A stretch of DNA of 52,377 nucleotides from a virus (IMGVR_UViG_3300017785_001504:1-52377); one strand, 5' to 3'; positions 19,501 through 27,846 are shown, numbered from the stretch's first letter. The notes: generated by a model not told the origin, from the sequence alone. Made by a program: numbers and translations.

Positions 19501-22500
19501 TTAAGTATGTCATTTCCATTTCTGTCCTTAATAAACCCATCCTGTTGGAATAAAGTATACTCAAGCTCATCAAAAATTTGCTCAATATTGTTTGATCTCT
19601 TTAATGCGTTCTTGATTATATTCTTTTTACCTGCTATCTTCTTTTTATCAAAAGCCTTCTCAATATACATCATCAACTCAGCCTTAGTTACGCCAGAGTT
19701 TTTCTTTAATGCATCCATTTTCATTAACTCCAATGTAGCCAATAACATATCATTGTTACTCATTTGGCTTTTGGGCTTCATGATTATAGGAGTACCATAT
19801 ATATAACCATCGGCATCTCTTTTAGAATTTCTAGCAATTCCACTTGCCTTTGTCATCGTATTAGATGCCCACCACTTTCCTGTTATTATTGGATAGAATA
19901 TACCACCAAAGAAATTAAATAGTTTATTACCTTCATCGTCAGCTATAAATGCACCAGTCATCCTATCTGACTCAAATACATTAGATTTCTTGCCATCAAA
20001 TCTAGACAAAGGAACATTTTCTTCTAATTTGGTATTTGGGTTTACAGGGTATCTTTCAAATGTACCTGTAGCTAAAATACTTTTCTTTCTAGTTACATTA
20101 GTTGCATTAAGTACACCACTAATACCCATAGAATTAATATTCTCACCTGTAGTCAATCCAAAAGTAATGGCGTTAATAAGGTCAGCAGCTTCTTTAGTCT
20201 TAGCAGACGCCTTGAATATAATACCTAGGCCAATCTTTTTCATCAATCGGTTGATCAATGCTTTGAACTGAGTAAGCTTGCTTACAGTAAGCTCTTCTCT
20301 GTTGTCAGCAAGGATACCACCAAGTTGAGCCATAAACTCCTCAGCCTTGAGCTCGTCACCATCATATGACTCAATGAAAGCATCAAGATCGGCTAGTCTA
20401 GCTTTATCTGTAATTAATGGACGAAGTCCTTTTGCTAGGTCGATAAATAGATTTTCAGAAATACCTAACGCTGCAAAAGCATGGTGGACAGCCTCGTGAA
20501 GAAGTGTAACCATATCAGCCTTTGTCATGTCAATGTGAATCTCACCGTCTATATAAGACCCGGCACTATTTTCCTTGGTAATTGACTGCTTGCTCTCACC
20601 CGTTCTGTCGGCTAACGCGCTAGCATATTGGTCTGTATTCTCATGAAGATATATCTTAACACCTGGTAGTGCCTTCATAATGTTAAGAGCGGCCCTTACT
20701 ATAGGATTACGCTTGAACTTAACAGACATTAATTTTGCGTTCTTCTCGGTTATTAGATTGGCTTCAGCATCTACAGTTTCCTGAACCTCACCATCTATCA
20801 TTGAGAATTCTTCCGGAAGCAAACCAATCTTTTGATCGGCAAATTTTGCCTCATCATAGATCTGATTAACAAGAGCAGCAGCTTCATCAAGTTTGCCTTG
20901 CTCACGTAATTTTACAGCTTCCTGTCTTATAAGTTCAACTTCTTCGTTAACACCGGAGAAGTTTACATATGAATTCTGACCTCTAGTCTCAGTTGTCATA
21001 GCTCTACGCGCCAAAGGAGAGTACATTCTTGCATGCACATTCCATGCATTCTCTTCTCCCTTAGGTCCAAATGAGTTACCTAGTTCAGCATGACCAAAGA
21101 AGTCATGAACAGCTCTAAATAAATCATTAACCAACATAGGTTGGCCATTGACATCAGTAAATTCAGTTGTTGCGAGTAATGGATTTTCAGCTCGTTGTTT
21201 TGGTGTGATTGGTGTATCTCCAAAACCAGCTTCAGTAGAGAATATTCTAATGCGCTTATTGTTGCGCAAATCCTCGATCATTTCTTCAGAGTTAGCATAA
21301 GGCTCCTCATTGTTGATCTCTACTACATATCCGGCATCTAGGAACGCTTGGTATTGCTCAATAGTTTCTTTTGCCATGGCTTCATAAGCCCTTCTGACCT
21401 CTGGGTCATTAGGACTATCTTCCATAGCTTCATAAGCAGCGGCTATCCTTTTTGCTCTTTCGACATCGAATTCTGTCGTACCTTCAAACGTTGGTCTTTG
21501 AGATCCGAAAACTCTTTGAAAGTATCGATTAGCAATTTCTGCAACTGCCTTGAGCGGCTCGTTGAAGAGTCTATTTCCAGCTTTTGGTTTTCCTTTTTCA
21601 TCTTTTGCTAAATTAGTTTGTTTTTGCGTATCCTGCAAATTTTCTTTTATATACTGTCTTTCGATCTCCTGATAGACCGTCTCAAACTCAGCCTGCTCAA
21701 CAACACCAAGTTTGTTCTCACGATCACGGATAGCAAAGTCAAGGGCTTGTTCACCGGTAAGTTTAACCGTGTTACCAAGTCTATCACTTACTACAACAGC
21801 TTGAAGTGCGCCATTATCGTCGAACTCAAAGCCATCCTCGTTGATCTCCATGGTCGGGGTGTCTATCACAATCACCTCTCCGTTTGGCATAGCCGCCTCT
21901 ACGCGACCGTTGTTGTCTGATAGGGTTACTTGTTGTCCATTGACTTCGGCTTCGACGCCATTGAAGTATTTTTCGGCTCTGATTTTTTGGACCGCTTCAG
22001 AAGTTCTTCTAGTAGGGCTAGCTGCCCCTGCTTTGGTAGTTGCGACAGTTTCAGTCTTTGTTCTAAATTCATAGTTATCTAATTTATCTGCAATGTTTAA
22101 TAATTTCTCAGACATAGCTGCCTTTGTCTCAGGGCTGTATTGATCTGACTTGTCTAGTTGTTCTACCTCATTAAAGATAGCCTCAATAGCAGTGTCAATG
22201 TCATTATCGTTGATAAACTCAGCGTTTGACATCTTATCCATGATTGGGTTTATAGTGGCTCCAAGACGAGCCTCTGCACCCATATCTGCTATGTATTGGT
22301 CTACTTCTTCTTTAGCTTTTTGGGTAGTTTCTTTAAGTCCTGTTTCGGGTTCTCCTTTCGCCATTTCTCTGCCACCTGTGGCTCCTGGCTGTACAGATAC
22401 TTCACTTGTTGCTTGCTCTTGAAAGGCATTTTCTCCAATTTTAGTTAGTTCTTCATTGATAGCCTTGATGCGTGCTTCTATAGGTGCAACAAGGTTAGGG

Positions 22501-25268
22501 TCTTTCCCTCCTTTTTCTCTTGTTAATTGAGCTCTTTCTGTAATCAAAGAAAGAGATTTATTCATGTCTGATGTAGATAGACCATTTGGCATCATTTCAA
22601 ACGCAGACTCAATCTCGTTCAAGTTATCTAGATTCTGCTGTGCTTTTGCTTTAGTGATTTTACCATCCAACATCTGAGTCTTCATAGATGCCACGTATAG
22701 CTTCTTGAAGTTGCTATCTACAACAATATCTTTTAAGAACTTTACGTCATCTTCATTATACAAAGAAATATTACCCTTTGTTATAGCTTGAAATAATGTA
22801 CCTACTGATCCTAGGGTAACACCGCCAATCAGCTCAGCAACACCATCCTCAAATGTTTTAGATCCTAATTCTTTTAACCCATCGGCTGTGTCAAAGTACT
22901 CACCTTGAGTTAGATTTTTCTTTTGCTCTTCAGTTAAACCGCTTTGTTGTATGTAGTTATAAACATTCTTCAAGCCTTGGTCTAATACCAATGCTTGCGT
23001 AAATCCAGTCTCAAATTCAGCAACACCTGCCTGTGTTACACGAATTAATCCCTTAGCTAAAAGACTTTCAACCTCTTTGGCGGCAACTCTTTCAAGCGCT
23101 TCTTTAGTTGCATTAGCGCCTACTTTCTTAGCAGACTTAATAGCAACATCCATCATTACCTTACCCAAGAATGAGTCACCCTTAACTAAGTTCTGCAAAC
23201 CTACACTCTCAAGCACACCCATACCTGCTGCGTATGGTATCGCAATAATCGCGCGATCACCAGCAGACGTATATTGAAAGTCAGGATCGCTAAGCATTTC
23301 CTCTTCAATACCACTATAAGCCTGTGCAGCAAGTCCTATAAAACCAGCAGCCTTACCAGCTACACCAGTTGCCATTGCAGGTAGTGATTCAAGAACACCC
23401 CCTATGGCTTGTGTAATAAAACCTCTATCGCCTGACTTCATGTACTCAAGGGTAGTTCCCTCAGATCCAAGTACATCGATAATATTTTCTTTTGCTTGAT
23501 TCTTTGCTTTTAATACAGCTTGATTATCAAGTAGATTTTCAATCTGATCTTTAGTAAGATTCTTTCCGTTATATTTTATTGACTTGTAGTAAGCCTTTTC
23601 CTCTGGAGATAAATAATCGTATCTTTTTTCATTAGCCTCTAATCCAGCAAATGGCTCAACAAATGTCATTGATACACCGCTTAAGACCTTGTTAACTACA
23701 AATCCACCAAAACTACCTTCCTTTTCTTTAGCGGCAACATACTTACCAGCTACTAGATTTAACTTATTCTGTGATGCTTGAATTTCTTTTTTTTGCATCA
23801 CCAAATTTTGGGCTCTTGTTTCTAATGATTCAGCTTTATTATCTAGTATCTTTTTCTGAGCATCGAATTGTTCTTGAGTCATTTTGCCGCTTTGAGCTAA
23901 CTCATTAAATCTATTTACCTCATCATCGTATACTTTTCTATCTTGTAGTATGTTTTTTTGTGACTGTTCAAGATCATTAAGCTTCATATTATACGTCTTG
24001 ATATTATCTTGAATAATCTCATCAGTATAGTATGTGTTAATTTTAGCCTTCGCCTCCTTTATCTTGGCAGGATCTTTAGTAGCTAAAGCATACTTATAGT
24101 CATCATATATTTGATCTTGCTTTGCTTTGCTTTGTTGATCGCCACCTATTTTCTTTTTCTTATAGTCTTGATATGCTGAGCTTTTGTAGAATGACTGAAC
24201 ATCCTTTGAAGAAATATTTCCACCAACAATTTTTTTCTGAATGATTTCTTTCTGCTCTTCAAATGGCAATTTCTTAAACTGTGACTGAAAATCGCTAGAT
24301 AATAAGTTCTTACCTATGATAGCAGCAGACTCTTCTTCATAGCTACTTTGATCAGTTCCAAATGCCAATGTACTGCCTCCAGTTTGGGGCTTTATTTTTA
24401 TATCTCCTTTATTAAGACTATTTAAAGCTTTGTCAAAGTTTTCGCTATATGACTTAGTGGCATTTGTCTCTAAGAATGCACGTAAATCACGTGCTTGCTC
24501 AGGATTCTTTTCATCAAATTCAACTAACAGCTCCTTGCTGCCGTCCTTTGTCTTTACTCTGATTTGGTCAATAGCAAATAATCCCTCTTCAGAGAATTCA
24601 AAGCCATACTTGCCGTATTTTTCAGTCAAGTATTTGATAGCATTCTCCTCTGTTTTACCTACAAAGTCTGAGTTAATGTCATCAAATTTAGCAGGCTTCA
24701 TAGTAGTTGTGGTTACAACTCTAGTGCTAACGCTTTTACCGTATCGATTATTTAACGCATTGATTGAGCCCTCATTTTGAATGGTATGCCACTTGCTACC
24801 AGGAGTCATTCGCTGCCATTGTCCGTCCTTTATACGGTATTGGTTATCAGCTTTCTCGTCATCGTAATTATTAAATAACTCATATTCTTGAGATAAAGAC
24901 GCATCCTTTTTAAACTGCTTATTAAGATTACCAATTCTATTTGGGTCAGTAATTTGAGCGTACTGAGCTTCCTTCTGGCCATATACTTTTACGCCAGATT
25001 CTTCATACCACTTGCCATTCTTAAACTTATAAGGCTTCTCTTCTTTACCGGGATATCCAGTAAAGATCTCAACGTTTGATGACGCCGATGAACCAGTCCC
25101 CGAAGCTGATCCCCCACCTGTTGGGTCTTTTTTTTTTAAATCAACTTGCGGAGCATACTCAGGATATTTTTCTACCATTTTAGATGCTAGAGTGTAATTA
25201 TCTACATCCTTATACTCTGGATACTTAGCTTTTATTTTTTCAGCAAATTCGTTATAGTCTAAAGGCAT
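13566..25268 (-). CDS. Giant (~3900 aa) modular virion/ejection protein
   Basis: Start placed at MPLDYNEF after an A-rich leader; last of three ejection-type genes; HEAVH zincin motif at 20484-20498; several discrete modules; long helical C-terminus. Confidence 0.85.
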   Translation of the reverse strand: MPLDYNEFAEKIKAKYPEYKDVDNYTLASKMVEKYPEYAPQVDLKKKDPTGGGSASGTGSSASSNVEIFTGYPGKEEKPYKFKNGKWYEESGVKVYGQKEAQYAQITDPNRIGNLNKQFKKDASLSQEYELFNNYDDEKADNQYRIKDGQWQRMTPGSKWHTIQNEGSINALNNRYGKSVSTRVVTTTTMKPAKFDDINSDFVGKTEENAIKYLTEKYGKYGFEFSEEGLFAIDQIRVKTKDGSKELLVEFDEKNPEQARDLRAFLETNATKSYSENFDKALNSLNKGDIKIKPQTGGSTLAFGTDQSSYEEESAAIIGKNLLSSDFQSQFKKLPFEEQKEIIQKKIVGGNISSKDVQSFYKSSAYQDYKKKKIGGDQQSKAKQDQIYDDYKYALATKDPAKIKEAKAKINTYYTDEIIQDNIKTYNMKLNDLEQSQKNILQDRKVYDDEVNRFNELAQSGKMTQEQFDAQKKILDNKAESLETRAQNLVMQKKEIQASQNKLNLVAGKYVAAKEKEGSFGGFVVNKVLSGVSMTFVEPFAGLEANEKRYDYLSPEEKAYYKSIKYNGKNLTKDQIENLLDNQAVLKAKNQAKENIIDVLGSEGTTLEYMKSGDRGFITQAIGGVLESLPAMATGVAGKAAGFIGLAAQAYSGIEEEMLSDPDFQYTSAGDRAIIAIPYAAGMGVLESVGLQNLVKGDSFLGKVMMDVAIKSAKKVGANATKEALERVAAKEVESLLAKGLIRVTQAGVAEFETGFTQALVLDQGLKNVYNYIQQSGLTEEQKKNLTQGEYFDTADGLKELGSKTFEDGVAELIGGVTLGSVGTLFQAITKGNISLYNEDDVKFLKDIVVDSNFKKLYVASMKTQMLDGKITKAKAQQNLDNLNEIESAFEMMPNGLSTSDMNKSLSLITERAQLTREKGGKDPNLVAPIEARIKAINEELTKIGENAFQEQATSEVSVQPGATGGREMAKGEPETGLKETTQKAKEEVDQYIADMGAEARLGATINPIMDKMSNAEFINDNDIDTAIEAIFNEVEQLDKSDQYSPETKAAMSEKLLNIADKLDNYEFRTKTETVATTKAGAASPTRRTSEAVQKIRAEKYFNGVEAEVNGQQVTLSDNNGRVEAAMPNGEVIVIDTPTMEINEDGFEFDDNGALQAVVVSDRLGNTVKLTGEQALDFAIRDRENKLGVVEQAEFETVYQEIERQYIKENLQDTQKQTNLAKDEKGKPKAGNRLFNEPLKAVAEIANRYFQRVFGSQRPTFEGTTEFDVERAKRIAAAYEAMEDSPNDPEVRRAYEAMAKETIEQYQAFLDAGYVVEINNEEPYANSEEMIEDLRNNKRIRIFSTEAGFGDTPITPKQRAENPLLATTEFTDVNGQPMLVNDLFRAVHDFFGHAELGNSFGPKGEENAWNVHARMYSPLARRAMTTETRGQNSYVNFSGVNEEVELIRQEAVKLREQGKLDEAAALVNQIYDEAKFADQKIGLLPEEFSMIDGEVQETVDAEANLITEKNAKLMSVKFKRNPIVRAALNIMKALPGVKIYLHENTDQYASALADRTGESKQSITKENSAGSYIDGEIHIDMTKADMVTLLHEAVHHAFAALGISENLFIDLAKGLRPLITDKARLADLDAFIESYDGDELKAEEFMAQLGGILADNREELTVSKLTQFKALINRLMKKIGLGIIFKASAKTKEAADLINAITFGLTTGENINSMGISGVLNATNVTRKKSILATGTFERYPVNPNTKLEENVPLSRFDGKKSNVFESDRMTGAFIADDEGNKLFNFFGGIFYPIITGKWWASNTMTKASGIARNSKRDADGYIYGTPIIMKPKSQMSNNDMLLATLELMKMDALKKNSGVTKAELMMYIEKAFDKKKIAGKKNIIKNALKRSNNIEQIFDELEYTLFQQDGFIKDRNGNDILNDNGQRIKSLTFEERKEFVSGVLGDRKVVSDKFPSAGSMSAMAEKFTEPETQKSKNVHDIVIVYRTKGGLVANKSNKKDPFYHKSYPYEIAAVNQDGSSAEIEVFILDGAYNLSEAIKELTKSSGDTFSYEEYYKKVEQGRYKSEKYALAQYGRTAKLSYASGEISARKKQLVQRTDQASEKLQKLFQRDNMPLTIQEAKEIVGEVIDWTTWYDGLSTYVDGIFGEYAEDVLSLLPLASMAANSVTTVSLAISNAERIYQGEMPKGVAEYYGYVTQFLEGQGIKSDKMSNFFKALTGDKEAIAVDSHVWSIIMWKNPNKKQVNPKNQAEFEKGKEFVRVVASELGLAPREVQAALWAANILRTGERPDSYEEYFKKQLDAKGLKERIETWRDKGYKPFSEIRKERETAKTTGRKKQLTTDKDAMPGSEAALEALGETEAQREAWKKKNKVNQKQKRNPIVEQAAKDYFNEEITQEEYLDTVAKNQPIKLFKNVPRLPSLKEIVNSLKDNQVATGIIGLTKNLVDGARVACRLDIPAYEWFDTWVVSIHDGVKEGKSIAYGQTAVLKNVDFKTFPGTAMRIATGSQKTTIARMFGDWVNEDPKLVHARAEELMNDPAWTQVGMNPFRYSWFYDKSDGMPVVSADEVIQVGALVLAKNVKKVSPSDPMFETKSAKGGKIKFQKATPSRESKIKIYGEDFTDVFNKLGIPFEYLQDIKNRNVPNFLGGKTKKITELRESLLKSIENRLDLLQKDLEKQSRKITSSDSDLEFRKSLINKITDKISSLEELKSSVQENLLSESDIEISTPTRKQQKAPKILGGKPTQVIVKDEYKALLDQIKLEARAQREQKREYKKILADISATVTSLKSKGNISVKQFDFIMKKLKGLNFDNKQKVSEFIDYVSRALANAEYIDNVQKAKRMSKAIASKLKGKPNPFAVVAKMFTSLDAEYVENIVDHIAVAQMIMEGVKSSSTRGGKLTLKQEPDLQVIAEYIDAEQQRQTQRLFKNLQARYENITGKPSTNLPAETMLTELQALKPDVDNSADILDQIDLQLAAYSQLIDEDTPQVIIDAINIDAEEFGIASSIKVLDALDTYFANGVTSGIESLMGAYEGMMNAKKFRDKSSPMSIAMFKKLGQIRLGGFAGFSRILERKFRSVEKANAYQKASGINKIIVGANKADFEAAFKQSEYIKKFHGIKGFKSNENIYERGIIADLIRTNPNIDQDAEFDRLVNILMDSKDMLLKSQDDTKVKMGKLYDKVFKKLGLYNANVTLESVLDKAEKSNIDAVNFAVDMFAEKYDQLSDTAMGVYNIMLNQDINYTPKTYVNIKQGAAENGDALNGGDLLGLGQYSNNYFNRNEAGVLMPITRPKDLKSNGKYVDLNFDNNMFRSYRLALTDSYTAKAIRQLNSFYNSRENEEIIGSEKDFDIIKSALSDYINDIKGKNLVDKNLLRGADKFFDVLSTFGSVRALSGIGQWANQFASGMSNTIVNAGEYIRPTDYSKAAFDFMNRSGQSIANVGENDILISLSNFDKSIDKATLGKNIAEIGLDKFTKFNAKAFQILVSNPDAAARRIAWMAYYRKYAAKNKLGPIDFNAEPNVDAAAYAQSMVDRSMDMTDSRIRGDLYRSKNPYAKLIKSMLFPFSSFGMNQKTRMWGDLTKMFTGNFDLDTARSLASISAEIAVYNVIRFKMAELILWSAMSILGYDDEEKEELVETLKKNMLSGSWSKAILDVFSPLSLADNFILEKSNQLMAYAGIGAPEKSEVDEYIDQENNIRKLKDQDPLTAEEERKKREKYIEENSIQFYISDETNFGTLGIQGEKLSEAYDIYKAMETGEFIDNNERTAYLDDEGMEKMKSVAIIKSIGLVAPIREADQIANKSFALLKKSNRTSERVKNMSADIKEKYGKLDPVLEKLAEKKKKMSTIDDEIDFIKTTLESNNKTALTEDQKIEYAKILEYIPRPTEEMLLAIKANKTADQILKK
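21608..21639 (-). promoter_or_regulatory. Internal promoter-like element in the giant gene
   Basis: TTTG-N20-TAATTTAG, 6 nt before an out-of-frame ATG at 21601. Confidence 0.45.
22301..22429 (-). CDS. Nested out-of-frame small basic protein (MPFKSK-type), 42 aa
   Basis: MPFKSKQQVKYLYSQEPQVAEKWRKENPKQDLKKLPKKLKKK*; A-rich leader. Confidence 0.65.
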   Translation of the reverse strand: MPFKSKQQVKYLYSQEPQVAEKWRKENPKQDLKKLPKKLKKK

Positions 25269-25284
25269 GTTTATTTTTTTATTA

Positions 25285-26736
25285 TTATAGACCCAATCCA
25301 AGAGGATCATTATTCTTAGGAGTTGCAGGTTTAGGTTTTTTAGTGGTAGTGCTTGCAGTTCTACCGCCTGCTCTAGCTTGATTAAGTGCGGCATCCCAAT
25401 CTCCTTGTTGAAGATTTGTAACCCCTAGATATGGCGTTAATGAATTAACTGTGGCATTTGGAATAGTTTCTACAAGTTCTTTTGTAAATCCAGTACCTCT
25501 TGCCTTTTTAACAGTCTTGTAAACCTGTAGCTTGCCACCTTCAATCCATTTAAAGTCATATGTAGTAGACATCTCGCTTAATTTTTCGCTACTAGTGAAG
25601 TTTTTTACAACTTTGTCAGCTAAAGGAATAAGTTTATTTTCAGGCTCTTTGTCGCCCTTTAATGGTCTTACGTCTTCTTCAATTGACTTGAATTCAATCT
25701 GTAGCTCAATAGCATTCTTGATAGCTTCTTTGGCGCGATCTCTTTGATATGCAGTAATCATTGGTTGATATACACCAGATGCATCTTTTTGCATTGGTAT
25801 GAGTTTTTTCTCAGCCTCTTTAATAAACTCATTTAACTCTCCCTGATCCATGTCAGCCATGTTCTTGAAAGCACGTATTTCATTTTGTTTATCAACCATC
25901 TCCATTAATAGTTGATCCTTATCTTGAGCTGTGTAATAAGTATTAAAGCCTTCGTCCATGTTATCCATCAAAATGGATAGTGTTGATCTATTATTGCTAG
26001 TCAAAGCACCTGTTAAGTCTGCTATTTTTTCAGCATAACCAGGTGCCTGTCTAAGGTCAGTTACTACAGTTATTCCGTTTTCTGTAGTGTATTTTTGCCA
26101 ATACTTAGTAACCTCAGCGACAGACTCATCTACTTTTACTTTGTCAAATATCATGTTATTGATATCTGCAATAGTCTTAGAGCTCTCAATAGTATCTGGA
26201 ATTACTTGCCCGGTTTTTGCATCTAATCGGCCTGTACTGACTCCACCAGTGCTTGGGTCTATAAAAACTTGTAAGTTCTTTAAGTCACCCATTCTAGCAA
26301 AATATTCACCTGCTTGAACAGATGCTTTTGATATTTCACCACTTTGGAGTTTTTTTTGAATCTCTGCGTTCTTTGTATCAAAGCCCTTTACACTAGTGGC
26401 TAGTGTACCCCAATTTTCCATGAGGTTGTTCATTCTTTGCTTATACTCTTTTGGGTCAAGCTCACCTCTCTTAAGTGCGTCATTCCAAGCCTTAATAGTA
26501 GCAACACCATTCTGAGATGCACCAAGCATTTGCTGTTGGAATGTCTGACTAGTAAAATTATCAGCCTCTTGAATGGTCCTAATATTGTCAGTCTTGAGTT
26601 GATCAAGCTCTAACTTAAGGTCTTCACGGGTAGTTTCAATATCTCTTACAGTGGTATAAAGACCGCCTATAGCCTTAGACCAATCTACCGACTCGGTAGG
26701 GATATAGCCAAATATGTTTTGATTGCTAGCTGCCAT
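25285..26736 (-). CDS. Putative internal virion/ejection protein
   Basis: Helical 483-aa protein between the small pilot-like gene and the giant gene. Confidence 0.65.
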   Translation of the reverse strand: MAASNQNIFGYIPTESVDWSKAIGGLYTTVRDIETTREDLKLELDQLKTDNIRTIQEADNFTSQTFQQQMLGASQNGVATIKAWNDALKRGELDPKEYKQRMNNLMENWGTLATSVKGFDTKNAEIQKKLQSGEISKASVQAGEYFARMGDLKNLQVFIDPSTGGVSTGRLDAKTGQVIPDTIESSKTIADINNMIFDKVKVDESVAEVTKYWQKYTTENGITVVTDLRQAPGYAEKIADLTGALTSNNRSTLSILMDNMDEGFNTYYTAQDKDQLLMEMVDKQNEIRAFKNMADMDQGELNEFIKEAEKKLIPMQKDASGVYQPMITAYQRDRAKEAIKNAIELQIEFKSIEEDVRPLKGDKEPENKLIPLADKVVKNFTSSEKLSEMSTTYDFKWIEGGKLQVYKTVKKARGTGFTKELVETIPNATVNSLTPYLGVTNLQQGDWDAALNQARAGGRTASTTTKKPKPATPKNNDPLGLGL

Positions 26737-26737
26737 T

Positions 26738-27439
26738 TTATCCGTTTAATCCAGGTATCCCCATCATGTTATATAATGATGCTCCAGGTGTAGCAAACGC
26801 AGGAACCTTTCCTTTTTGTGGCTCCATTTTTAAAACACCAATGCCCATGCCAGCTTTTCTTTGCGCATCGGCAGCGTCAATATTTTTATTTCTATAGAGT
26901 CCGATAATATCGTCTAAGCTAGTTGCCATGTCAGCTGCGGATCCAAGTGCACCTGTAATAGCAGCGTTACGATCTTTCTGTGCTTGAGCGCGAATTGCAT
27001 TTTGCTGCTGAACTTCGCCTAGGCCAACCGTAAAATCTCTCTCAGCTTGACGAGCTCCAATACCAAGTTGGGCCTCAGCTTGAGCCATATCTCTGTCATA
27101 CTGAGCTTTATCTGCTTGAGCGGCTAGAGCCATGTCTTGCTCGTTTCCTGCTGCTGCTAATTGGCCTATGCCACCTAGAACGCCTTCAGCACCTGTACCT
27201 TGTAGCGCACCAATCATCTGAGTCTCACGTTGAGACTGTTGCTGTCGTGCCATATCAATACCAAGTGTAGGGACCTGTAGTGCCTTAAATGGATTGGTTT
27301 CTTTAATCTGCTTTAATTGCTGTTTTGCCAAATTACTAGCCTGAGTGGCTTCCTTCATTTGGCTTTGCGACTTGATAGCCTGAGCGGCACTAACGCCAAT
27401 CCCGCCTAAGGCTACTAATGTTGATGTTACTGCTGCCAT
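26738..27439 (-). CDS. Putative internal virion/pilot protein
   Basis: Hydrophobic G/A N-terminus, Q/A-rich coiled coil. Confidence 0.65.
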   Translation of the reverse strand: MAAVTSTLVALGGIGVSAAQAIKSQSQMKEATQASNLAKQQLKQIKETNPFKALQVPTLGIDMARQQQSQRETQMIGALQGTGAEGVLGGIGQLAAAGNEQDMALAAQADKAQYDRDMAQAEAQLGIGARQAERDFTVGLGEVQQQNAIRAQAQKDRNAAITGALGSAADMATSLDDIIGLYRNKNIDAADAQRKAGMGIGVLKMEPQKGKVPAFATPGASLYNMMGIPGLNG

Positions 27440-27834
27440 ATCTTTATCATTTCAGTGCAGTTGCCTGATCCTTTTTTAAATCCGCATTCTGCATATCGGT
27501 TAATCAAATTATCGTTCTTAAGAGATGTATAGAAGTATTTAGTTCCATTTGTTTCGGCAGCCACCTCAACAAGTGAGTTAATCAATAGTTCTATCGCCTC
27601 TTTGCGATCGTCTTGTCTATAGTGGAAGTTTGACACAATGTACTCAATCCAAGCTGTCTTTGAGTTCGTGAAGTAAACAAATCCGGCACAAATATCTTCA
27701 CCGTCTTTACTTACCATCAATCCACCTCTTCCGTCTTGTGGTAGCATATCCTTAGGTGGGGCTGACCATCTCCAGTCTTTCCACCATTGCGCTAATACAT
27801 CGTAGTCGTGGTCATCTAAAAACCTAACTTCCAT
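27427..27834 (-). CDS. GNAT-fold acetyltransferase-like protein
   Basis: Beta/alpha pattern with VSNxxYRQ and RYAECGF; typical position before ejection genes. Confidence 0.7.
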   Translation of the reverse strand: MEVRFLDDHDYDVLAQWWKDWRWSAPPKDMLPQDGRGGLMVSKDGEDICAGFVYFTNSKTAWIEYIVSNFHYRQDDRKEAIELLINSLVEVAAETNGTKYFYTSLKNDNLINRYAECGFKKGSGNCTEMIKIWQQ

Positions 27835-27838
27835 GTAA

Positions 27839-27846
27839 CAAATTTA
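27839..27846 (-). promoter_or_regulatory. Bacteroidota -7 box
   Basis: TAAATTTG, 4 nt before ATG. Confidence 0.65.

Noticed and set aside
13566-25268. Giant protein as a crAss-type virion RNA polymerase
   Set aside because: I found no DxDxD catalytic motif; the nearest match is DFDII in a helical region.
25269-25394. N-terminal 42 aa of the 3942-aa ORF-track call
   Set aside because: It overlaps the upstream gene; ATG 25268 follows an A-rich leader 16 nt after that gene's stop.
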